The notes under the pieces: model-generated
The model's input: the letters and a program-made list of their open reading frames with translations, nothing else
What the model was told of the DNA's origin: nothing
Databases searched by the model: none
Made by a program: the position numbers and the translations under genes
In this document: positions 20,436 through 30,026 of the stretch, in pieces
Layout: each line of letters begins with the position of its first letter
How positions within the stretch are numbered: the first letter of the stretch is position 1
DNA from: Chthonomonas sp.
Lineage (GTDB): Bacteria > Armatimonadota > Chthonomonadetes > Chthonomonadales > Chthonomonadaceae
DNA length: 64,000 bases
Reading direction: 5' to 3'
NCBI RefSeq assembly: GCF_035294165.1
Contig: NZ_DATGLN010000170.1
Location: forward strand, 4,227 to 68,226

Positions 20436-21668
20436 ATGCCTATCTTTCAGTACACCGTAAGCGACGCCACGGGTAACGTGCGCACGGGGACGTCGGAAGC
20501 CGAAAGCGAAGAGATACTTACTCGACGCCTACAAGAGCAGGGCTTTCGCGTCACCACCATAAAGAAAACCGGTAAAGCACGAGGGACGACCTCCGGCACC
20601 GGCTTCGGCCGGGTAAAACTGCGCGATGTTGCCATCTTCTGTCGCCAGTTCTCTACCATGATTGACGCGGGCGTCTCGCTGGTGCGTACGCTCGATGTGT
20701 TGGGAGAGCAGACCCAAAACCCCAAGCTCCGTCGCATCATTAAAGAGATTCAGGTGGAGGTGGAGGGCGGTTCCACGCTCTCAAAGGCCATGTCGAGGTA
20801 CCCCGCCGTGTTCAATAACCTCTTCATCGGGCTTATCCGAGCCGGAGAGGTCGGCGGTGTCCTTGAGGAGTCACTTCAACGCCTTGCCCACTTCCTCGAA
20901 AAGGATATGGAGCTGCGGCGCAAGGTGAAATCGGCTCTTACCTACCCCACCATCGTGGTGATCGTGGCGGTGCTCATTGTGTTGGGCTTAACCACCTTCA
21001 TCGTGCCGAAATTCATAGACCTGTTTAAAGACCTGGGCGTGAAAGAGCTGCCCTGGATGACACAGGTGCTGGTGGACTTCAGCAACTTCCTGAAGAGCGA
21101 ATGGTACATCGGGCTGCTTATCATCTTCCTCGTGTGGTTTTCCATCAAGATGCTAGGCCGTACCCGCCCGGGCCGAAGGTTTATTGACCGCTTCAAAATC
21201 TCCTGGATACCCGTCTTCAGCAAGCTGATCCACAAAGTCACTTTGGCACGGTTTGCCCGCACGCTTTCAACGCTGCTCTCCGCCGGTGTGCCCATTCTGC
21301 AGGCGATGGAGACGGTGGCCGGAGCGGTGGGCAACGTTATTGTAAGCGACGCCATTATGGCGGCACGTGCCCGCATTCGTGAGGGCGAGCGCATTAAAGA
21401 CCCTCTAGAGAAGAGCCGGCTCTTCCCACCGATGGTCGTCCATATGATCTCCATCGGGGAGGAATCGGGTTCGCTCGATCACATGCTTACGAAGGTGGCC
21501 GATTTCTACGAGGGCGAAGTGGATGCTCAGCTCCAGTCGCTCACAGCGGCCATCGAGCCGATAATGATCGTGTTCCTAGGGTTCTGCGTAGGTTTCATCG
21601 TTATCGCGCTCTTCATGCCGCTGATTCAGGTGGTATCCAACCTGAGCGGTGGCGGCGGCGGAGATTAA
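20436..21668 (+). CDS. pilC: Type IV pilus inner-membrane platform protein PilC (GspF family)
   Basis: FCRQFSTMIDAGV, AGEVGG.L, RKVKSALTYP, FARTLSTLLSAGVP, GEESGSLD, IEP. Confidence 0.95.
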   Translation: MPIFQYTVSDATGNVRTGTSEAESEEILTRRLQEQGFRVTTIKKTGKARGTTSGTGFGRVKLRDVAIFCRQFSTMIDAGVSLVRTLDVLGEQTQNPKLRRIIKEIQVEVEGGSTLSKAMSRYPAVFNNLFIGLIRAGEVGGVLEESLQRLAHFLEKDMELRRKVKSALTYPTIVVIVAVLIVLGLTTFIVPKFIDLFKDLGVKELPWMTQVLVDFSNFLKSEWYIGLLIIFLVWFSIKMLGRTRPGRRFIDRFKISWIPVFSKLIHKVTLARFARTLSTLLSAGVPILQAMETVAGAVGNVIVSDAIMAARARIREGERIKDPLEKSRLFPPMVVHMISIGEESGSLDHMLTKVADFYEGEVDAQLQSLTAAIEPIMIVFLGFCVGFIVIALFMPLIQVVSNLSGGGGGD

Positions 21669-21704
21669 ACCATCCCAACCGCCTTGCTCGCACTCTGTTT
21701 GAAC

Positions 21705-21735
21705 CAACCAGGCTCCCCCAAGGGGAGCCTGGTTG
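21705..21735. other. Perfect 14-bp stem-loop between pilC and pilD (mRNA-stabilising or attenuating hairpin)
   Basis: CAACCAGGCTCCCC-caa-GGGGAGCCTGGTTG; no U-tract. Confidence 0.55.
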
Positions 21736-21764
21736 CAGCCAACTGTTGAAGTAGAAGCACGCTC

Positions 21765-22829
21765 ATGATTCTTGTGCCCCTCTGGTTTCTAGGAGCTGTG
21801 GCCTTTCTTTTTGGCGTCACGATAGGCAGTTTCCTTAACGCGGTTATCTATCGGCTTCCAAAAGGGCTGTCGCTTTTAGAACCTCGGTTTTCCATATGCC
21901 CGAGTTGTGGGCATCGCTTAAACGCCATAGACCTCGTGCCGCTGCTAAGCTTTTTGCTGCTGCGTGGCCGATGTCGCTACTGTGGAAAACACATCGCCTG
22001 GCGCTATTTCGGGGTGGAGCTGCTGACCGGTGTTCTCTTCGTCCTCATCGTGCTGCGCTTTGTGGAGGCGGGGACGCTTTTCTGCCTCGCCTTACTGGCG
22101 TATACGGCCGTGCTGATACCGGTTTTTTTTATAGACCTGGAAACCTTCACCATACCGGATACACTGAACATCCTTCTGTTCTGTATTCCGGTGGGGCTAG
22201 AGCTTATCGAGTGGGGACGACATACTCCCATCCATCCGTTTGTGAGGGGATGGCTGCCGGTTTCGGTGTGGGGCGCCGTTATCGGGGCGCTTATCTTCGG
22301 AATCATTCGCATTTTGGGCTGGCTGTGGAAAGGCATCGAGGCCATGGGATTGGGAGATGTGCTGTTAGGGCGCGGAATGGGCGCCATGCTGGCCTTGCAG
22401 GTGGCACGAGGCGAGAACCCGCTGCGTCTGCTGCCGGTGTGGGTGGTGCTGTCGAGCCTATCTGGCCTCATCGTCGGGCCTGTTTTAATCTATCTTCGGA
22501 GGCGCCGATCCCCAACTCCCCCCATAGAGTCCGCTCCGGTAGAGGGAGAACAAGAGGGCGAACTTGTAGGCCCGGCAGAGTATCTGCTGCACGAGATTTG
22601 GGCTGTGGTTTGGTGCTTGCTTCTAGGGGATCTCTGGGCGTATCTGCGCGACCTCTGGAAACGGTGGAGAGGGGAGAAAGTTCAGTATGAACACCTCGCA
22701 ACCGGCGATTGGGTGCCTGCACCAACCGCCATTCCTTTCGGGCCTTTCCTGGTGATCGGCTTCTTTTTAGCGCTTTTTTGGGGCAATGCGCTCACCGATG
22801 CCTATCTCGCTTACGCATTCCCTCGGTGA
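21765..22829 (+). CDS. pilD: Prepilin peptidase/N-methyltransferase (A24)
   Basis: GSFLNAVIYRLP, CPSC...GRCRYC Zn motif, catalytic Asp in FIDLE and GLGD, C-terminal IPFGPFL. Confidence 0.92.
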   Translation: MILVPLWFLGAVAFLFGVTIGSFLNAVIYRLPKGLSLLEPRFSICPSCGHRLNAIDLVPLLSFLLLRGRCRYCGKHIAWRYFGVELLTGVLFVLIVLRFVEAGTLFCLALLAYTAVLIPVFFIDLETFTIPDTLNILLFCIPVGLELIEWGRHTPIHPFVRGWLPVSVWGAVIGALIFGIIRILGWLWKGIEAMGLGDVLLGRGMGAMLALQVARGENPLRLLPVWVVLSSLSGLIVGPVLIYLRRRRSPTPPIESAPVEGEQEGELVGPAEYLLHEIWAVVWCLLLGDLWAYLRDLWKRWRGEKVQYEHLATGDWVPAPTAIPFGPFLVIGFFLALFWGNALTDAYLAYAFPR

Positions 22830-22872
22830 GGAACCAAAAAAAGACAAATGTCGTCAAACTTCAACAGAGGCG

Positions 22873-22881
22873 TGCTATACT
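22873..22881 (+). promoter_or_regulatory. Extended -10 promoter for the pilin pair
   Basis: TGcTATACT about 35 nt upstream of ATG 22916, with GAGGAG RBS. Confidence 0.45.
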
Positions 22882-22915
22882 TCTGTAGAGGGAGTTTTTA
22901 GAGGAGCTTCGTGCC

Positions 22916-23686
22916 ATGTTCGTGCCGTCTGTGCGCAAAAGTCGTTCGGCCTTCACGCTGATCGAGATGCTTGTAGTTATAGCGATTATCGCTATACTTG
23001 CTGCCATTCTGTTTCCTGTTATCAGCAGGGCCAGAGAGCAGGCTCGCGAGTCGACCTGCATGTCCAACCTGCACGATATCTATGTAGCCCTCAAGCTTTA
23101 TGAAACGGACAATCACTCCTATCCACCGGTATTATGGCAGTTTGCCGGTATATCCGGCTATAAACCTCTATTTGGCGCCAAGCTCCTCAACAGTGACGCC
23201 ACTTTCTCCTGTCCCGACAACCCCACCAACAACCAAACCCTTACCGTGAACCAAGTGGTCTATCCTGCAACGGCCAGCTCGACACTGGCGAACCAGCCGG
23301 TTGTCTACACGCCGCTTATGCAACACAACGCCGGCAACGCCGTGACTCTGCCGGTGGGGCAGAACGCCTCCTACTATCCGTTCGATTCCTACGATATCGG
23401 CCCGCAGTTGGATAGTAACGGCAACCCGGTGCGCAACGCCGGCGGCTACGTTTACGAACTGCACTACAGTTTGGACTGGACAGGTGCATCGGGGCCTGGG
23501 GATGCCCCAAATCAGCTCAAGTATGCCGAGACGGCAAACCCATCCCAAACCGTTGTTACCTGGTGTACCTATCATGCTGCGGTCAATGGCGCCGATAAAA
23601 CGCTTATTATCCTGCTGAACGGTACGGCCAAGGCGGTGGATGCAAAAACTTTTGCTCAAAAAGGGCCGCTCAAATTCGCTCAGTAA
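22916..23686 (+). CDS. Type IV pilin / pseudopilin (DUF1559-like), paralogue 1
   Basis: Class III signal KSRSA|FTLIEMLVVIAIIAILAAILFPV, then RAREQAR..C.SNL..I..A..LY..D. Confidence 0.85.
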   Translation: MFVPSVRKSRSAFTLIEMLVVIAIIAILAAILFPVISRAREQARESTCMSNLHDIYVALKLYETDNHSYPPVLWQFAGISGYKPLFGAKLLNSDATFSCPDNPTNNQTLTVNQVVYPATASSTLANQPVVYTPLMQHNAGNAVTLPVGQNASYYPFDSYDIGPQLDSNGNPVRNAGGYVYELHYSLDWTGASGPGDAPNQLKYAETANPSQTVVTWCTYHAAVNGADKTLIILLNGTAKAVDAKTFAQKGPLKFAQ

Positions 23687-23772
23687 CTACGTCATTATCA
23701 TGGTGAGTCCGATAGAAACTACAAAAAAGCTGCTATGAAGCGTTCCAGAGCACATAGGCAGCTGAATGGGGG

Positions 23773-24762
23773 ATGAAAATGCCTGCAAAGTCGCACACAA
23801 CTGCATCACGTGCTTTTACCTTAGTGGAACTTCTTACCGTTATCGCGATCATTGCCGTATTGGCGGCCATTCTGTTTCCGGTATTTGCGGCTGCACGAGA
23901 GCAGGCACGTCAAGCGACCACAATGGGCAACATGCACGACGTGTATGAGGCCGTTCGGCTCTATCATGAGGATGAGGGCACCTATCCGCCGGCTTTGTTT
24001 GGGTATGCCGAGACGGCGCTGACGAACGTTCAGCCGGGAATGCCGACAGGGGAACCTGCGCTGCCCGGTGACCCCATTGTGCCGATGGGGCAGGCGACCG
24101 AGTATTTTCAGGCCACGGGTGTAGGCGCCTACCTTTATCCCAACAAGTTGAAAGACCTGAACGCCTTCTTCTGCCCCGATAACCCGGCAACCAATCAAAC
24201 GCAAGTGACGATCGCCTACTGGCCACTCACCTTAACAAATGGCCAACTGGTTCCGGTTACCTGGGTGCAGGGGAATAACAACACCAACCCACCGCCTGCC
24301 TGCCCTAACTATTCCGACCCAGATCTGCCGACACGGCAACCGAACGGGCCTAACCCTGGTGCCACCTATGTGGGGCAACCAAAACTGTTTTACGTGATGG
24401 ATAGTATGGATATTGGCCCTCTGCTTGACAGTAACGGTAACTGGATACACGATGCCAACGGAAACCCGCTCTATGAGTATCACTATGCAGTAGACTGGAC
24501 CCATCAGCTCTATAACCAGAAAAACGGCTGCGATACCACTGCTCAGGTTTCGGTATACGGTTTACCCTCCAACCCGCCGGTGGTGTTGAGCAATCAGTTA
24601 AAATACAAAAACCCTTCGCCGGAGACCACCGTCATCACATGGAACACCTATCATGCTGGCGTGGCGCATTCCGGCAACGTGATCGTGCTGTTGCTTTCCG
24701 GTACGGCACGAAAGATAAGCTTACAGCAGGCACAACAGCAGCTCCCTCTCAACTACCACTAA
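23773..24762 (+). CDS. Type IV pilin / pseudopilin (DUF1559-like), paralogue 2
   Basis: SRA|FTLVELLTVIAIIAVLAAILFPV; shares CPDNP.NQT, DIGP.LDSNGN, HY..DWT, NQLKY and YHA...LL.GTA with paralogue 1. Confidence 0.85.
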   Translation: MKMPAKSHTTASRAFTLVELLTVIAIIAVLAAILFPVFAAAREQARQATTMGNMHDVYEAVRLYHEDEGTYPPALFGYAETALTNVQPGMPTGEPALPGDPIVPMGQATEYFQATGVGAYLYPNKLKDLNAFFCPDNPATNQTQVTIAYWPLTLTNGQLVPVTWVQGNNNTNPPPACPNYSDPDLPTRQPNGPNPGATYVGQPKLFYVMDSMDIGPLLDSNGNWIHDANGNPLYEYHYAVDWTHQLYNQKNGCDTTAQVSVYGLPSNPPVVLSNQLKYKNPSPETTVITWNTYHAGVAHSGNVIVLLLSGTARKISLQQAQQQLPLNYH

Positions 24763-24801
24763 ACTGTTTTTGAGGCTCGCCACGCTGCTTTGAATTTGTG
24801 T

Positions 24802-25560
24802 TAGGGGCGACCCATCGGGTCGCCCTTCCCTCTGGTAGGCATGAGGGCAGACAATCTCACGGTTCTAGAGCAAGTTCGCAGAATGAGCTTGTCTAGCTCG
24901 CCCCCTATCCCATCCTTTTCGTCTTGCAGACGGCGAAGCAGCAGCCAGAGAGATGGACGAGTAAGGCAATAGCATAGGCCGCTGAGGCGAGGGTAGGCCC
25001 TCTCCCCAATTGGGGGGCTGCAGAGACTGCCAATGCTGCGGCTCAAGAGGCCATTCAGCAAGCAAGTCTACTCTGTGCGCCTCCTATCCCGGCCTTTCCG
25101 TCTTGCAGACAGCGATGCAGCGGCCAGAGAGATAGACGAGTAAGGCAATAGCATAGGCCGCTGAGGGAAAAGGCGCATTGCGTAGCACCGTCGGCCTTGA
25201 GGGGGTGGGGACTTTGAGGGGCAGGGCGTCGGCCTTGAGCGCAGCACCGTCGGCTTTGAAGTACCGGTGAGATAGACACCTGTCATTTCGAGCCGAAGGC
25301 GAGAAATCTTAAGTTTTAATTCCCACAAGCTCCGAGGGGAAGGGTGAGGGGTTGCAGAAACTGTCAATCTCACGGTTCTAGAGGTGGTTTGTAAAACAAG
25401 CCTATCTTGTTCGCCTCCTATCCCGTCCTTTCCCCCGATTCGGGAGAAAGGGGGCGGTAATGGTTGGTTTCCGAAGGAAAGGTTATCACAGGAAACCGCT
25501 AGTAAGCTTACTGGTCTCCCCTCTCCCCAATGGGGGGAGGGGGAGGGCGTCGGCCTTGAG
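24802..25560 (+). repeat. Modular palindromic repeat cluster 1
   Basis: REP-like hairpin AGGGGCGACCC-at-CGGGTCGCCCT; two tandem ~135-bp units at 24852 and 25030; full 264-bp unit at 25279-25542. Confidence 0.85.
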
Positions 25561-25814
25561 GTTACTCCTTAAGGAAGGGAAACAGGCCGCAAAGGCGCCG
25601 TCCGCGAGGATGCTCACCGCCTAGGTGCCCCTTTTCCTAAGAGGAGGAGTAGGGGCGAGGGCTAGAAAACGTGCTGTCGCGGAAAATCGGAGAGAAGCGG
25701 CAACATATGGAACAATTTTTTCGGTGTGGTAGTCTCAAAAGAAGGAAAATCGGGAGTCTAGGCAGAACTGTGCTAGCGCCGCCGTACCTACGCCCGGGAG
25801 AAGGCAAATTGACT

Positions 25815-27830
25815 ATGAGACCGTCTTATTCCTGCAAAGAACCAACTCTGAAGTGGCCTGTGCCGTGGTCTCCTCTAAACACTCCAAGGGAGGCTTGCTC
25901 GCACAGACGCGGCTTTTCGCTTATCGAAACTCTGGTGGCGATGGTTATTTTGGCCATCGGCATTCTCTCGCTGGTCAGCCTTTTCCCCGGTGGTTTCGTG
26001 GTGCTGCAGCGCACCAGCGAAATGTCTACAGCGCAAATTCTGGCCAATGAGCAGCTCTCCGACCTGCGCCACATGGAAGGTCCTCCCATCGCCGTGCTCT
26101 CTGCGCTTCCAAAGGCCGATGGAACCATCCAGATTCTCAACGGCACGAACCCGGATGACCTCAGCCCGGCGACGGCGCAAGAGTTAACAGCCCTGCAGGC
26201 GCAGTACAACTTTACCTTACCCACCGGCTTTCTGCCCTACTTCTTCTCCGATGTTAACCGCATTCGCTATATTCAAGGGGAATCGTTTACCATCCCCGTG
26301 GAGGCCACAGGGGTAGGAGGATCCATCCATATTTTGCAGTATGGCCCGGTCTATAACGTGTTTCATACCGATAGCAACGGGAACCCCGTGGATAGTCTCA
26401 ATGTCTATGGCCCTCCTATGACTCGGACCGTGGAGGACTCGCAACCCAATATCAACAACCCAAATCCTATCCCCGTGCTCAACTCGCCTAACGAGTACGC
26501 CATAGACTACACGCACAATCAGATCGCTTTCTATCCACGCCCGGCGCCTACTCCCACCGAAAATCGGCCCAATTTCCGCCTCTTTCTGATGCGCTATCAA
26601 ACCTACCAAACGGATACGAACGGCTATCCGATTCCTAGCTCTTATCAAACCCAAACGGTTACCATTACGGTACCCGATATTCCCGCAGGTCAACCGCTGG
26701 TACCGATTTGGCAGCCGATCTTCCCAAACACGTCGCCACAGCCCAATATCGTTCCCTACAGCGATCAGGTAAGCCGTCAGTTTCGGCTTGTCTCCATGAC
26801 GCCGGGGCCGAACCCGCCATTCACCGATGATCCTTATGAATATGCTTGGCTTAGCCCCCAAGAGCCGAACAATGCAAACCGAGGCGTGCTTATCTTTAAT
26901 CCGCTGGGCCATGTCTCCTCCCCGACGCCTACCGCCAGTGGTACACTCACTCAGCCACAAAACCTCGTGGCCTATGTGGACTATTTGACGTATGATAACC
27001 ACATTATTCGAGACGATTCGGTCATTCCAAGCCAAGCTCCCTACACCATTCGTCTCTCCCTAGGACACATTCTGTCTCAGGGCGATACCTTGCCCGATCA
27101 GACCACTTACAATGGCCTCTTTCATAACGACCCGGCGGATACCTCCCCGGATGATGCCGACCTGATCGTGCAGGATATGGATAACGGGCAGCAACTGTGC
27201 CGCATCGTGGCCGGGCAGAGCACACAGGGGAGCCTTGTGGCGGCCACTTTGGATGCAAAAAACGGCATTCTCACCTTCAGTCAGGCCGGAATCGAGAACA
27301 ACAATCTTCAAAACGCACCTATTCGTATTTTCTATCGAGCCGATAGGCGTTGGGGGATGCAGATCCAAACGGCAAACCCCTATTATCAACTTGTAAGTAG
27401 TCCGACCCAAATCACCTCAACGACCTGCTGGGTGGGAGATGGCACCAACGGCTCTTCACCCACGCGCATCTACTTTGCGCTGAGTGAAGCCGGGAAAACG
27501 GTGACAATCGGCGAGGTGCACTATGCAACCGCCAATACGAACCCCAACGACCCCACAACCTACGGAGTTGTCCATAATGTGACCCTGCAGATCAGCGATG
27601 TTAATCGGGTGGATGTGGTGAATGGGGCGCGGTACGTTTACGCCGATATTAGCGATCAAATTCCGAATGCGACTGCCCTGTCGGCGGTGCCGACGGGGCG
27701 GGCGGTGGATTACGTGTCCGGCATGTCGGTGCGTAGCCGCGTGGTATGGAGTGACCCAGGCAATTCGAACTATATTCTGTGGCGACATATTGACCGCGAC
27801 ACGGTGTTGACGCGGCCGAGCGCGCAGTAG
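25815..27830 (+). CDS. Oversized PilV/GspI-like minor pilin (~670 aa)
   Basis: RRG|FSLIETLVAMVILAIGILSL..LF (PilV-type N-terminus with E5); ATG 25815 preferred to GTG 25671. Confidence 0.8.
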   Translation: MRPSYSCKEPTLKWPVPWSPLNTPREACSHRRGFSLIETLVAMVILAIGILSLVSLFPGGFVVLQRTSEMSTAQILANEQLSDLRHMEGPPIAVLSALPKADGTIQILNGTNPDDLSPATAQELTALQAQYNFTLPTGFLPYFFSDVNRIRYIQGESFTIPVEATGVGGSIHILQYGPVYNVFHTDSNGNPVDSLNVYGPPMTRTVEDSQPNINNPNPIPVLNSPNEYAIDYTHNQIAFYPRPAPTPTENRPNFRLFLMRYQTYQTDTNGYPIPSSYQTQTVTITVPDIPAGQPLVPIWQPIFPNTSPQPNIVPYSDQVSRQFRLVSMTPGPNPPFTDDPYEYAWLSPQEPNNANRGVLIFNPLGHVSSPTPTASGTLTQPQNLVAYVDYLTYDNHIIRDDSVIPSQAPYTIRLSLGHILSQGDTLPDQTTYNGLFHNDPADTSPDDADLIVQDMDNGQQLCRIVAGQSTQGSLVAATLDAKNGILTFSQAGIENNNLQNAPIRIFYRADRRWGMQIQTANPYYQLVSSPTQITSTTCWVGDGTNGSSPTRIYFALSEAGKTVTIGEVHYATANTNPNDPTTYGVVHNVTLQISDVNRVDVVNGARYVYADISDQIPNATALSAVPTGRAVDYVSGMSVRSRVVWSDPGNSNYILWRHIDRDTVLTRPSAQ

Positions 27831-27866
27831 ACCCCTCTGTTGCGTGGTATGAAGGAGCTGGAAACA

Positions 27867-29948
27867 ATGGGTGGGATTCAACTAAAGAGGGTAAAAAGCA
27901 CCGCGAACCATGCGTTCTCGTTGATTGAGCTGCTTGTGGTGATCGCCATCACCTCTATCTTGTTGGTGATCATCACGAAGCCTCTCATAGATGGTTTTAA
28001 CCTTGTAAACCGTGCCAGCACGCAGATAGAGAGCCAGGATACGGCCCGTGATACCCTGCGGGAGCTGTCGGCTCAGCTATCCAACGCGGTTTTTGTCTAC
28101 GACAACAACACACCGCAAACCAGGATCAACCTTTGGCTCTACGACATGAAAGGAAATCCCTACCTAACCTCTGTGCCCTATGGCCTCATCGAGTTTGTCT
28201 CCCCAGGCCTTCAAGGGGAGCAGGGCAACAATTCGAACCAGCCGATAGACCCGACCACCGGTCTGCCTATTGTGCCAGGCGCTCAGGTCTCGCTGCCTTT
28301 GGCGCCGGGTCGCACCATCACACGTTTCTTCATCGGCCTACACGATAATCGCTCCGGTGTGGATACCTCAGGCAATGCGCAGAGCGGCATGCCGGTAGAT
28401 GGCCAAGGAAACTACCACGGCTATGCCAACCGCTGGACCGACCCCCAACTTGCCTCCAAAGACAACCGAATGACACTTTATCGGGTGGAGTTTACTCCCT
28501 ATATTCCCGACCCGGATAACCCAAGTACCTTCATCCCTAATCTCTCTTTGCTGCATACGGGCACAAATCCTAGCGCGCCCACCGACTCCAAAACCGATCC
28601 GCTCATCCTAGACGATCCGAACTTTTTCTACGATGCCACCAAAGCAGGGGCGGGAGATACGGGCGACCCCAAATGGGGTGTGCCGGGATGGCAAAAGATA
28701 GCCGAACGGTATGGCATGCCCACAACGGTGGTCTATCGCTGGGAGAATTGGGCCGCCTTGGCACAAAACTTGATTCAGGCCAATAAAGGCGACGCCATCT
28801 ACCTCGACAGAGATAACAGCGGCAACATCGTGTACGATGCTAATGGTCATCCAACGCCGCATCTCCTTATCAGCTTCGTGCCCTCCTCGGTGCAAAACGA
28901 GTCGGCAACACCGATGAGCGCGAGCGCTACCGGAGATGAGACGCCCTACTCGGCGCCTCCGCTTTATCAGGCGCGGTACGGGGCTTGGGCTATGCCCTAT
29001 GGAGTTTCTGTCTATCGTTCGAGCACGCCTGGTGCCGATCCCCTTTCACAAAACCCACTTACCTACTTCCAGTACTATGTGGATGCTTTCGGCAACGGGC
29101 ACATCGTGGCACAGACGGTCAGTCAGGGCGCTTTGCCACCCGACCCCGCAACGCTTACCGATATCGGGCCCGATCCGAACCCGCTCGGTTTCTGGACGAA
29201 CACCAATGTGAAATTTGCTTTTGCCGTGGACCCGGCGTCCGGCCTTGTCAATTTCGCCTTTCCGCAGTGGGTGCTGAACCTTCAGAGTGGCTATAAGGGG
29301 CCGCAAGTCTACTTCCCGGCCGACATCAATGCGGGCTACGGCGGGACGTATAACTCACGCTATATTTTGCTGTCCGATCTCAGCGGCGCGCCGCCAGAAA
29401 AGGAGAATACCATCTCACCGCTCGGATACTTCCTGAATGCGGTGGGGGTAACGCCGGAGATCGTTCCCGGTAGTGAAGTGGTTGTCGGCCCTGATCAGCG
29501 TCCTGGCCCGCACTATGGTTACGCTATACAGTACACACGTGTGCCGTCGAGCCAGGATGTGATAGGGCCTAACCAGTATAAAATCAACTACATGCCGCTG
29601 CCCGGCTCTAATTCTAACGACCCGCGTTTAATGGTGGGGTATATCGCCTTCGATAACCAGCCGGAGACGTTACAGTCTGCTGGTGGCGATAACCCCCTCG
29701 CCGGGCTGTTCTATCGGAATAACCTGCCCACACAGAAGGTCGTCAACGGCCAAGATGTGCCTGCCGACCCGGTTCAGGTGAGCTATCAGTTCCAACTCAA
29801 CGAGCCTTCGGATGTGGTGAAGGTGAGCTACCGTACTCGCAGCCTAATAGATGTGGTGCTGAGCGCGCGTCTGTTTGATCCCTCTTCGGCGACAGCCCAA
29901 GATACCAATCTCGTCTCTAAAGTGCGCGTACGGAACCTTCAGCGCTAA
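27867..29948 (+). CDS. Oversized PilW/GspJ-like minor pilin (~690 aa)
   Basis: HA|FSLIELLVVIAITSILL...Q..AR..L..L...L.NA; C-terminal SKVRVRN strand typical of PilW; AAGGAG RBS. Confidence 0.8.
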   Translation: MGGIQLKRVKSTANHAFSLIELLVVIAITSILLVIITKPLIDGFNLVNRASTQIESQDTARDTLRELSAQLSNAVFVYDNNTPQTRINLWLYDMKGNPYLTSVPYGLIEFVSPGLQGEQGNNSNQPIDPTTGLPIVPGAQVSLPLAPGRTITRFFIGLHDNRSGVDTSGNAQSGMPVDGQGNYHGYANRWTDPQLASKDNRMTLYRVEFTPYIPDPDNPSTFIPNLSLLHTGTNPSAPTDSKTDPLILDDPNFFYDATKAGAGDTGDPKWGVPGWQKIAERYGMPTTVVYRWENWAALAQNLIQANKGDAIYLDRDNSGNIVYDANGHPTPHLLISFVPSSVQNESATPMSASATGDETPYSAPPLYQARYGAWAMPYGVSVYRSSTPGADPLSQNPLTYFQYYVDAFGNGHIVAQTVSQGALPPDPATLTDIGPDPNPLGFWTNTNVKFAFAVDPASGLVNFAFPQWVLNLQSGYKGPQVYFPADINAGYGGTYNSRYILLSDLSGAPPEKENTISPLGYFLNAVGVTPEIVPGSEVVVGPDQRPGPHYGYAIQYTRVPSSQDVIGPNQYKINYMPLPGSNSNDPRLMVGYIAFDNQPETLQSAGGDNPLAGLFYRNNLPTQKVVNGQDVPADPVQVSYQFQLNEPSDVVKVSYRTRSLIDVVLSARLFDPSSATAQDTNLVSKVRVRNLQR

Positions 29949-30026
29949 AATGTCTTCTAAATGAGTGGCTGCTGGCCAATATCATCATGAATTTCGAGCC
30001 GTTTTGGGTCGAATAGAATAAAAACC

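Noticed and set aside
21896-22690. Long alternative-frame and antisense ORFs (e.g. 264 aa over pilD, 26217-27035, 29985-30872, 31308-32057)
   Set aside because: Shadow ORFs of GC-rich genes that overlap well-supported CDSs and carry no motifs
24850-25560. Possible CRISPR array (conserved blocks separated by ~28-nt variable segments)
   Set aside because: The variable segments are diverged homologues of each other rather than unique spacers; periodicity is irregular; no cas genes in the window
24801-25572. Short ORFs in the repeat clusters (also 46597-46857, 49011-49460, 52470-53123)
   Set aside because: They are translations of non-coding repeats, share repeat-derived peptides and match no recognisable family
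25671-25814. GTG start of the PilV-like ORF
   Set aside because: It would give an ~80-aa prepilin leader; ATG 25815 has a purine-rich RBS and a more plausible leader
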